Assembly: GCA_013416795.1 (NCBI GenBank)
Contig: RQSC01000032.1
Coordinates: forward strand, 398,823-462,822
Source of the DNA: Prasinococcaceae sp. CCMP 1430
Lineage: Eukaryota > Plantae > Prasinodermophyta
Length of the DNA stretch: 64,000 nt
Direction: 5' to 3'
Shown piece after piece: positions 32,822-41,528 of the stretch (positions are counted from its first letter, which is position 1; each line of letters opens with the position of its first letter). A program made the position numbers and the translations under genes. The notes beneath the pieces are model-generated. The model was not told the DNA's origin, searched no databases, and was given only the letters and a program-made list of their open reading frames with translations.

Positions 32822-34003
32822 CTACTTCTCCGAGTCGGGCTTGATCAGGCCTATCTCAACGAGGCGCTGATGGAGATACTCATGCGACGTGATCGACGGA
32901 TATCTGACCACCCCACCAGAGCGCTCGACCAACGCGGGCAACGGCGTGAGGTCCACCTCTGGTCGCGGGTGCGCGAAGAGCGGCATGCTGTAGCGGCTCA
33001 CGTCGGCGTCGCCCTCGGCAGGATTGATCACGCGGTGGGTCGTCGACCTGAAAATGCCGTTGGTGATGTTCTGCAGCATGTCGCCTGAGTCCACGATGAT
33101 CTGCTTCTTGTTGCCCTTCACGCTAAACCACTCCCCGTTGCGGTCCTTGACCTGCAGTCCGTCCGCGGTGCCGCTCACCAGCAGCGTGATCAGGTTGATA
33201 TCCTCGTGGGCCGCCGCCCGCACCGCACCCGCCGGCGCGTCGGCACACGGCGGGTAGTGCAGCACGCGCAGGATGGTGTTGCCCTGCACCGCCATGTTTG
33301 GAAGCCACTCGCGGGGTTGGCCGAGGTACTCGGACGCGCAGCCCAGCAGCTCGATCGCCAGGCCCTCGAGCGTGCTGTACATCCCGTCAATTGCTGGACG
33401 GAAGCCGGGCTGAATCTCGTCAGGCCACACGTTTTCCGGGTAGAAGTTTGCGAGCGGGTGGTCCTTGGGGACGTTGCTCGGGCCCGTCTGCCAGAACTGT
33501 GGGCGCGCGGACGTGCGGGGCGACACCGAGCCGAACGCGCGCGCGCGCGCAGAGGCGCAGGGCACAGGCCGCGCGGTGGTGAAAGTCAGCGCCCTGCGCC
33601 AGGGGCGCACAAGCGCTCGCGAGAACTTCGGATGCGCGGCGCCCTCTCCAGCCAGCCGGCGCATGACGCCTGCGGGCCGAGCGCGCTCCACCGGCGCGAG
33701 CGCACGCACCTCCTTCAGGTCGGGCTGCGCGCTGTCCTTGGCGTGCTCGTTGCCGAATGGCGTGTAGCCGCGCTGGCCGCCATTTGCGCTGGCTGCGAAC
33801 TTGGCTTTCTCCTCGGCACTCCGGCGGAAGAACTCCTGGCCCTGTGCGTACGCCTCGTCGATGGCCTCCGCCGACACGCCGTGACCCTCGAGCGCAAAGA
33901 AGCCAATCTCCTCGAGCGCCGCGCCGACCTTCTGCACGAACTCTTTGCGTCCCGCCTCGCCGCCCTCGCGCAGCAACCCCATGTCCACCACGGGTATCTC
34001 CCG
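32822..34003 (-). CDS. 2-oxoglutarate/Fe(II) dioxygenase (IPNS/DIOX_N type); intron 33709-33497; start unresolved
   Basis: IPVVD, GFFALEGHGV, RGYTPFG, DLKE|FW, LRVLHYPP, AAHEDINLITLL (HxD), FRSTTHRV, RYSMPLF (RxS). Confidence 0.9.
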   Translation of the reverse strand, partial: REIPVVDMGLLREGGEAGRKEFVQKVGAALEEIGFFALEGHGVSAEAIDEAYAQGQEFFRRSAEEKAKFAASANGGQRGYTPFGNEHAKDSAQPDLKEVRALAPVERARPAGVMRRLAGEGAAHPKFSRALVRPWRRALTFTTARPVPCASARARAFGSVSPRTSARPQFWQTGPSNVPKDHPLANFYPENVWPDEIQPGFRPAIDGMYSTLEGLAIELLGCASEYLGQPREWLPNMAVQGNTILRVLHYPPCADAPAGAVRAAAHEDINLITLLVSGTADGLQVKDRNGEWFSVKGNKKQIIVDSGDMLQNITNGIFRSTTHRVINPAEGDADVSRYSMPLFAHPRPEVDLTPLPALVERSGGVVRYPSITSHEYLHQRLVEIGLIKPDSEK

Positions 34004-34122
34004 GGCGCTGCCGGCCGGCCGTGGCGCGGACGCGGGCGCGGGTGCGGGCGCCGCGAGCAGGCTCGGCGCGCCGCAGGGCGCGCGGCGGCGCGGCGCGGCG
34101 CGGCTCGGCAGGTGGACGAAGC

Positions 34123-34560
34123 ATGTCGGCCGTGCGCTGCTTCAAGTGGGGCCCCCCGCCGTGGGACAAGGCGGCGCGGCTCGCCGAGTACGCCGAGTAC
34201 CGCAAATATCGCCACGAGAAGAAGGCTGCCAAGAAGGAGAAGAAGCGCCGCAAGCTCGAGGCGGCTGCCACGCAGGGCACGTACGCGACCCACGGCGAGA
34301 CGCTGAGCAGCGAGGGCCCGGATGAGACGGCATCTGTGGATCCTGCCTCGGTCGCTACCGCGCAGGCCGCAGCTGCCGAGGCGGAGGAGGCCGCCGCGAC
34401 CGCGCGCGCAGCAGCTGCAGCACCCGGCGTCCCCGCCGAGCTCCAGCTGGAGCGCATCACGAACGAGCGGAAAGCCGGCGAGGGCAGCACGGTGTGGGAC
34501 AGGCAGCTGGCGCTGCCCGGCGCGAACGTCACCGCAGAGCCCTTCATTTGCATCTGGTAA
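34123..34560 (+). CDS. Hypothetical protein with a Lys-rich NLS-like segment (possibly the 3' part of a larger gene)
   Basis: High-GC3 ORF (EKKAAKKEKKRRK); TGTAA at 34598-34602 downstream. Confidence 0.5.
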   Translation: MSAVRCFKWGPPPWDKAARLAEYAEYRKYRHEKKAAKKEKKRRKLEAAATQGTYATHGETLSSEGPDETASVDPASVATAQAAAAEAEEAAATARAAAAAPGVPAELQLERITNERKAGEGSTVWDRQLALPGANVTAEPFICIW

Positions 34561-34925
34561 ACGCACCAGGGCGCGTGCGCGGCCTCACCGATCAATTTGT
34601 AAAGTACTGTGAAACACCAACCCCTTTCTCTACCTCGTGCGGGGTGACGCGCTCAGGCGGGCTGCGGCAAGCGCTAGCCAGGCGCACAGGGGCGGCGACT
34701 CGGCGTGTTTAGATATGTAGGTATTAAGTTTGCAAGCCCAGAGATGCTGCGTCGAGCACGGGCCACTTGTGGCGCACATAAGCGCATGCCGGTCGGAGGA
34801 GCACCCGCGGCGCCCGTGCGACGAGTCGTCGCGCCCGTACGACGAGTCGTCGCTCGCACACGCCTCTGACGTCGCCACGCCACGCCTGCGGGACGATCGC
34901 CCGACCACAGCCCATAGCGAGCTCA

Positions 34926-35480
34926 TCACAAGACGCGTTGGTGCCTGGCGCGATCACTCGAGCCGAACGTTTGCACACGCTTGCGTTTGTTGGAGACGAT
35001 TGGATGCGCGCCGCTCGCAGGTTTGCAGTGCCTCTGTCGCCACGCCCGGAAGCGCGCATACGCCTCGCGCGCCTCAAGCACGAGCGCGCACTCCTCCACC
35101 GTGAGTCGCTCCTTGACCTTGCCCCACGCCTCCTCGCTCCAGCACCCCGCAGGCGTGAGCAGTTTCTGGTACCTCTGCTGGAACGTTTCCTGCAGGGTGT
35201 CATTGAGCCCCAGCTGCAGCGCGAGCTCGTAGAAGTACGGGCTCTGCGCGCTGAGCGAAACGCAGCGCGGGTCCGCCTCGAGCGACTTCTGCAGCTTGTT
35301 GCTGAAGAGGCGTGGCTTGTCGACGCCGACCAGCCCGTTGCGACCCAATCCGTAGTCGCCTACGGCGAGCCACGCTGGCAGGTCGACCTTGTCACCCGCC
35401 TGCACGCTGTCGGAGCCCCCGCGCGGGTTCAGCGCGAACCCCAGCTCATAGCCGCCGACTTTCCAGCTCGTGGGCATATC
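34926..35480 (-). CDS. PSF3: GINS complex subunit PSF3, terminal exon; upstream exon not identified
   Basis: GDKVDLPAWLA, LEADPRCVSL....PYFYELA, LQETFQQRY, LTVEE..L; CCGCAG acceptor at 35482-35481. Confidence 0.82.
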   Translation of the reverse strand, partial: DMPTSWKVGGYELGFALNPRGGSDSVQAGDKVDLPAWLAVGDYGLGRNGLVGVDKPRLFSNKLQKSLEADPRCVSLSAQSPYFYELALQLGLNDTLQETFQQRYQKLLTPAGCWSEEAWGKVKERLTVEECALVLEAREAYARFRAWRQRHCKPASGAHPIVSNKRKRVQTFGSSDRARHQRVL

Positions 35481-35937
35481 CTGCGGGCGGCGCGGGGGCG
35501 CACACGTGAGGGCACGCGCAGGGGCGCCGCGTTTTCGCAGTCGCCGCTCGGAGCGTCAGCGCTTGAGTGTGCGCACACACCAAGGAAGGCGCCGCGCGAG
35601 CTGCCCCGCAGGGGACGGAGAGCCCCAGCCCAGCCCGCTCGACGTGCCCATCGCCCTTCGTATCAGACGGCCCCAGCCCGCCGCCCAAGCCCCCCCGGCG
35701 CCGCCGCCAGCGGCGGCGCCCGCCCAGAGTCCCAACCACTTCTTATACAAAATGTTGTACACATACACCCACGTGTGGAGGCGCCTGGCGGAACGCCAGC
35801 GGCAGCGTGACGGGGCGGCGGCCACACACGAGCGAGAGCGCGAGCGCGACGTGCGGGGCTGACTTTAATCATACGTACTTTAATATTGTGTGTGACTGAG
35901 TGTTTCTGGGAGTGTACAGTATGTACGCGCGCGCCCC

Positions 35938-36651
35938 TCACCACGAGCCGTACGCGTCGTCCTCGGCACCTTGCGTCTGGAAGTACACCATCCCGGACCC
36001 TAGGACGCACGTCGTCTGTAGCACGCCTGCGATGCCCGGCCAGGGGTCCTTGTCGGGCTTGTCCGCGTAGTCTGTGATCAGCACGCCTACGCTGACAGCG
36101 AGCGCGCTGAATGACATCACGTACACCAACAGAAGGTACAGCCGTACGCGTTTCTCTGCGCCGTCGATCGAGTACCCTCCCGCACCCGCGCTGTCGAGGT
36201 CGCCCTGCGGGCGAGATGCGAACAAGTCCGCATCAGTTGGAGGTTCTGCACGGAGAAAGAAAGCGCGCGCTCTCGCAAACGCGCGCCTGCTGCACTCACC
36301 TTGGACACCATGTTCAAGAAGAGGGCGGAGAGCGTCGCGAGAATGCCGCCAAGCCAATGCACGAAGGGCACCTTGCCGTGCATAATGACCGCGTCGCACC
36401 ACATCGACCAGCCTGCGCCGAAGAACATTCCCGCCTGCGCGCGCGCGCGTGCGCGCGTGCGCGCCAGCGTCGCGCGCCCGTACGTTCCGTGTGAGCACAG
36501 GCGCAGACCAGCAGAGCGCGTGCGCCCACGCCACTCGCGCGTGGCGCCGGCGCGCTCGGGCACGCACAATGATGGGCCCCTGCTGCTTGAGCGCGTCGCG
36601 ACCGCTCTCTCGCCACCACTGGATGCCCCACTCGACGCATGCAGCGACCAT
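35938..36651 (-). CDS. TMEM50/UPF0220 (Vps68-like) membrane protein; exons 36651-36568, 36434-36300, 36204-35938
   Basis: AGMFFGAGWSMWCDA, PFVHWLGGILATLSALFLNMVS, R..L...YV.SF.A...SV, WPGIAGVLQ; all introns phase 0 GT-AG. Confidence 0.85.
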   Translation of the reverse strand: MVAACVEWGIQWWRESGRDALKQQGPIIVRARARRRHARVAWAHALCWSAPVLTRNVRARDAGAHARTRARAGGNVLRRRLVDVVRRGHYARQGALRALAWRHSRDALRPLLEHGVQGECSRRAFARARAFFLRAEPPTDADLFASRPQGDLDSAGAGGYSIDGAEKRVRLYLLLVYVMSFSALAVSVGVLITDYADKPDKDPWPGIAGVLQTTCVLGSGMVYFQTQGAEDDAYGSW

Positions 36652-37147
36652 CGCGCGCGGCGGTGCGACCGGGCGGCCGCGCGCGGCGCGGGGCGGCGAG
36701 CGCGACAGGCAGCGTGCCACGACGGGCGCCCGCTGCCTCCCGACACGCCCGTTCCCGCGCTCGCGCCGTGCGCCAGCGCGCCGTGTGGCGCGAGCCGCGG
36801 CGCTCCATTCGGGGAACCGCCCTTTTTTTTTGGTTTGTTGCTGTAGTGACTACACACACGCACTGGCACACACGGGCACACACACACACACCGCCGCGCA
36901 GCCTGCCGAGCTCCCCGCCGCGCGTCCCGCCCCGCCGCGCGGTGGGCGGTGGGTGACACCCTCGAGGGCGTGCCACTGGCCACACCGACGGGCCTGCCCC
37001 CCGCGGCGCCCGTGCGAGTGGCGCGCGCGCTGGCACGGCGGCAAATATGCCGCGACGCGCGCGTTGTGCGGTGCGCACAGCGCGAGCGGCGCGGACGGCC
37101 GCTGTCGGCGAGTGGCCGGACGCGCCTCGGGACTCAACGCCGCAGCG

Positions 37148-38683
37148 ATGGCGGCAGCAGCGCGCCTGGACGACGCCGTGCGGCGAGCCCGATTCGACGA
37201 GCGCGACGCGCGTGCCGACGCGGCCGCAGATGCTGCGCGAGAGCGGCACGAGAGCGCCCGGCGCGGCTCGGCGCTTGCAGCCGCAGCGGGCGTTGACTCG
37301 CGCGCTGGCGCCGCGAGGGCTCGCATGCGCGCCCCGCGGCGTCCGCCACCGGTTACGTTCAGCGGCGTTGCAGCGACGTTCGAGCTCGACGGCGCGGGCG
37401 CGGGCGCGCTGCGCTTCGCGAGCGCAGGCGGCGGCAGAGCCGTGGATGGTGTGCCTGCAGCATCGCGGCTGGCGGTCGGCGGCTCCGACGGAGCCATCTC
37501 CATCTTCGATGCATTTGGCTCGAACAACGCGGGTGTGCCCGTCGCACGACAGATGCTCCTCGGCCACTCGGCGGCCGTCACGGACCTCGACTGGTCGCCT
37601 TCGGGCGACTACCCGCTGCTCGCGTCTGCCGCGGCCGACCGCTCGCTGCGTATCTGGGACGTATCGAGCGGTGCGTGCGTCCGCTGCGTCTACTGCGTGG
37701 ACGGCGGTACATTCGCCGCGGTCCGCTTCGCGCCGCACAACGCCAACCTGCTGCTCGCGGCGTCGGACCGCGGCGCGCTCGCGCTGATCAACGTCTCCAC
37801 GGGCAAGAGGCTGGGCGAGCTCGCGCCGGGCGCCGGTGGCATCGAGGCGCTGGACGCCTCGCCGTCCGCGCCCGGCGTCTTTGTGGCCGGCACCGAGCGC
37901 GGCGCGGTACTAGTGGTGACGATACGCGAGAACGATACGACCTTGCACGTCGCGCAGCACCTCGCGCTGCCGAGGCTCACTGGGGGCACAGCCCCTGTAT
38001 GCTCGGTCGCTTTCATTGACGCTGCACGGGACGCGCCACGTGACAGCGGTCGCGACATTGGCAGCGAAGAGGGCGCTGAGAGGTGCCACGTCGCCACAGG
38101 CGACGGCGGCCTCTTCCTCGTCCGCTTCGGCGCGGCCGCGGCCGCGCGAGCGTCGACGTCCGCGGCGCCGGCGCTGCCGTCGCCAAAAGAGGTCACCGAC
38201 GCGACACTCGGGCTGGCAGGACGGGCGGCCGCGGCGCTCGCGCGTCGCCTGCCTCCGAGCGCGGCGAGGGCCGCGGCGGTGAAGGTGGCGGCCTCCGCGG
38301 ATCGCGCGACTGGCAAGCTCGCGCGCGCGCGCGTGGTTGGAGCCGCGCTTGCGCGCCCGCGCGCCCGGCGAGTGAGGGCCTGTGCGTCTCCTGATGACCA
38401 CAACCATCATCAGCTCTGCGTGGTAACCGGCGGTGAGGATATGGCGGTGTCGACGTACGCATTGGAAGAGGACAGCCTGCGCGACGCCATCTCTGGCTTG
38501 GAGGGCTCTGCGGCTGCGGGAGGTCGCGGCGCGCACGGCGCGCGCGTGCTGAGCGGCGCCGTCGACAGGCTGTGCGGCCATGCCGCGCCGGTGGTGGACG
38601 TGTGCTGGAACAGCGCGCGCACGCTGCTCGCGAGCGCGGACACCGCCGGGCGCGTCATCGTTTGGCGCAGGGCGACCGCTTGA
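37148..38683 (+). CDS. WDR13: WD40-repeat protein WDR13-like
   Basis: LLGHSAAVTDLDWS, RIWDVSSGACVR, FAPHNANLL, INVSTGK, CVVTGGEDM, LCGHAAPVVDVCWN....LLASAD..G.VIVWRR. Confidence 0.8.
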   Translation: MAAAARLDDAVRRARFDERDARADAAADAARERHESARRGSALAAAAGVDSRAGAARARMRAPRRPPPVTFSGVAATFELDGAGAGALRFASAGGGRAVDGVPAASRLAVGGSDGAISIFDAFGSNNAGVPVARQMLLGHSAAVTDLDWSPSGDYPLLASAAADRSLRIWDVSSGACVRCVYCVDGGTFAAVRFAPHNANLLLAASDRGALALINVSTGKRLGELAPGAGGIEALDASPSAPGVFVAGTERGAVLVVTIRENDTTLHVAQHLALPRLTGGTAPVCSVAFIDAARDAPRDSGRDIGSEEGAERCHVATGDGGLFLVRFGAAAAARASTSAAPALPSPKEVTDATLGLAGRAAAALARRLPPSAARAAAVKVAASADRATGKLARARVVGAALARPRARRVRACASPDDHNHHQLCVVTGGEDMAVSTYALEEDSLRDAISGLEGSAAAGGRGAHGARVLSGAVDRLCGHAAPVVDVCWNSARTLLASADTAGRVIVWRRATA

Positions 38684-38723
38684 CAGCTATGCTTGTAAAA
38701 TGTGTATACATGTACTGTGACAG

Positions 38724-39294
38724 CTACTCGCCGCGAGGCGCATTGACGCCCGCATCGTCGTCGCCCTCGAGCGTGCTGGTGAATTGCCGGCTGGCGTGCG
38801 CTCGCATGATCTCTTTGTTGGTAGTCTCAATGCCCTCGCGCGTGAGGCGCTGCAGCTGATCCCACTCGAAGTCCAGACGCGAGTAGGCTTCGCGCACCTC
38901 CAGCACACGCACGGCGACCAGCGCGTCGCGGTCCATGAGCGAGGCGCACCAGGCGTTTGCGTCGCGCATCGGCTCCTCCTGCATGTGCGCCGCCAGTGCG
39001 TCATACTGCGCCTTGTTAAACGCCCCCAGACCGCCCCGACCGTCGCCCTGTGCCGCCGCGCGCGTCAGCAGTGAGCCCCGCAGTTGTGGTGAGTCCAATG
39101 CGGCCGCGCGCAGTGCGGGCTGCGCCGCACCGCGCGCGAGTGCAAGCTGCGAGGCCGCGCAAGGAAGCGCTCACCTCGAGCTGTGCAAGTATTATCTTCG
39201 ACGCCGCAAACGTGAGCAGCTGCGTCATTGCCTGCGCGCCCTTCGCCTCGGGCGATGCCCCGCCGAAGCTGTCGGACGGCACGTGCATTCCCAT
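38724..39294 (-). CDS. RBCX: Rubisco assembly chaperone RbcX (RbcX-II type); exons 39294-39175 and 39047-38724; possible transit-peptide exon near 40048-39955
   Basis: MHVPSDSFGGASPE.K, LLTFAASKIILAQLE|G.GRG.LG..N, RVLEVREAY...FEWDQL. Confidence 0.88.
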
Positions 39295-40430
39295 CGCCCG
39301 TGGCCGCGCGCGCCTCGCCCATGCGCGCCGAACATGCCACCCGCCCAGCCCGACGCGAGCTCTCCTTCCTCACCCATCCTCCCTCTCTAACCCCCGTGAC
39401 CCCCCAGGAAGCCACCCTCCCCTCCTCCTCCGCTCGCGCCGTGCGGCCCGCTCTCGTCCTTCCCACCGTCCGCGATCGCCCCCGCCTCCTCCCTCTTCCC
39501 GCCTCGGCTCTCCCTCTCCCTCGCTCCCGAGCGCACCCCAACTCCCCGCGCGCGTAGGCGCCCGAGCGCACGCGCCGACCCGACGACCGTCGTCGTCGCC
39601 ACCGCCACGCGCGCGCGCGCGGCGCGTCGCGCGGCCGTTTTCGCGGGAGGGGAAAGCGCCTCGCGAGGGGTTCAAGCGTACCAAGAACCGCGGGACGAAA
39701 GCGCGGCGCTTTCGCGAACGCAGCCGCCAGGCCCGGCTGGCGCCCTGACGGCTGCGCGGCGGCTGGCCGTACGGGTTCCAATGGGATTCGCAAAGGTTCC
39801 AAATAGATATGGAAGGAATGAGAGTAATCGTTCATAGAGAGAAAATGGAATCCGCGTGTTTGGGCGCGTCTGAAGGGGGCGCGCGAGCGCGCGCGCGCGG
39901 CACAAGGCGCGCGCGCGGCGGGCGGACCCCCCCCCCCCACGTGCGGAGATGTACCCGCCGTCGGGCTCCCGCGCCACGCCGCCACCGTCGCTTTCGCGCG
40001 CGCCGCCACGCCCGCGGCTGGCCTTGCGAGGGCGGCTACCGCCGCCATGCCTCGCTCCTCGGAGGGAAGGAGTGCTGGGCCGACGAGGCGCGCGCACCGC
40101 CTGCTGTGCCACCTCCCTCACAACGACCTCGACGCCAGAGCCCAAGCTTGCGACAAACCCGACTCCCAAAACCCTCGCAAAATAACCTCAAAGATGGTTT
40201 CCTGCTGGTAGCGTTCACAATGATAATGATTTTCGTGCGAGCAAAAGATGAATTGATTTTGATCAGTGAACCGAAACCTTGGTGCCGTGCGGCGTTGCCA
40301 GCTTTCGGCGGCCGCCGGAGCCGCCGGCTGGCGGCTGCCCCATGCGGCCGGGGGGGCGCGGCGGGGGTGGCGCGCCACACCGCGCTGCTGGCGGCTCTCC
40401 ACGAAACGCCCGGCCCGCCGGGCTCGCCCG

Positions 40431-41399
40431 ATGGTGTGGTTTCAGTGCGAGACGTGCGGCGACACGCTCAAGAAGGTGCGCGGCGGCTATGCCTGCGCAA
40501 TCGCGGACCGCTGAGCACGCGCGGCAGCGCGGCGGCACCGCGCCTGTTGCTGACGTCGCCGGCATGCACGGCCGGATGGCTATTGCGGAACTCCCCTCCG
40601 TGCTCCCTCTCTGTGCATGTGTCTGCCCCCCCACCTGCCCATCCGACGGCATTTCGGCGATGCGCCGCTGCAGCCGAAACTGCCACAGCACTATAGCCGC
40701 TGCCCGTGCGTTGCGGTGAGCTGCGTCGACTGCGGGCAGACCTTCGACCGACGCAGCGCCCAATTTCACACGAGCTGCATCACCGAGGCGGACAAGTACG
40801 GAGGCAACTTCGCGTACGCTGGTGGTGGCGCTGCTGCAGGTGGCGGTGGCAATGGAGGTGCTAACGCCAACGGTGCGGGCGACACCATCGGCCTGTCGAC
40901 GTGCGCACCATGGATGTGCTCGCTCTGCCGCGTGACTTGCACGAGCCAGGAGACGCTGCACGGTCACGCCCAGGGGAAGAAACACAAGTCTAAGGCCCGC
41001 CAAGCGCGCGCGAAGCTCGCAGAGGAGGCGAAGGTGGCCGAAGGCGGCGCCGCTGCGCCAGCCTCCGCGGCGCCTTCCGCCATCGCGCAACCGAAACCCG
41101 CCGACACCGTCGCAGCCGCCGCCGACGGCGGCGATGACGATCGCAAGAGCGAAGACACGGGCCACGACGCGTCTGCCGCCAAGGCCGCGCGCAAAGCTGA
41201 AAAAGCGGCGGAGCGGGCGGCGCGAAAGGACAAGAAGGCCGCACGCGCCGAAAGGAAGGAGCTGAAGGCCGCAGGTGGCAAGGTCGACAAGCGCGCCAAG
41301 AAGGCCAAGAAAGAGAAGAAGGAGAAAAAAGAGAAAAAGTCCAAGAAGGAGAAGAAGGAGAAGAAGGGGAAAAAGGAGAAGAAGGACAGGGAAAAGTAG
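40431..41399 (+). CDS. LYAR: LYAR-type C2HC zinc-finger nucleolar protein; exons 40431-40475 and 40674-41399
   Basis: MVWFQCETCGDTLKK|PKL..H...C....SCVDCG..F.....HTSCITEADKY, U1-type finger WMCSLC.V..TSQETL.GH..GKKH, KKE-rich tail. Confidence 0.9.
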
Positions 41400-41528
41400 G
41401 GAAGGGCATTCGCATCGTCCCCGCGCGAGACACGCGCATAATACCGAAACACAACGCGCACAAGCGCGTGTTGTAAGTGAATTCCATATTACGGCATCTG
41501 CGCGCAGCCGCCGGCCGTACAGCGGCAG

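Noticed and set aside
11925-33709. Introner elements suggested by two introns of identical 213-nt length
   Set aside because: No sequence similarity between these or other introns in the window beyond splice signals.
34630-34929. ORF starting in a TGATG stop-start overlap behind PSF3, with a cgacgagtcgtcgc direct repeat
   Set aside because: No recognisable protein features or coding bias; most likely 3' UTR.
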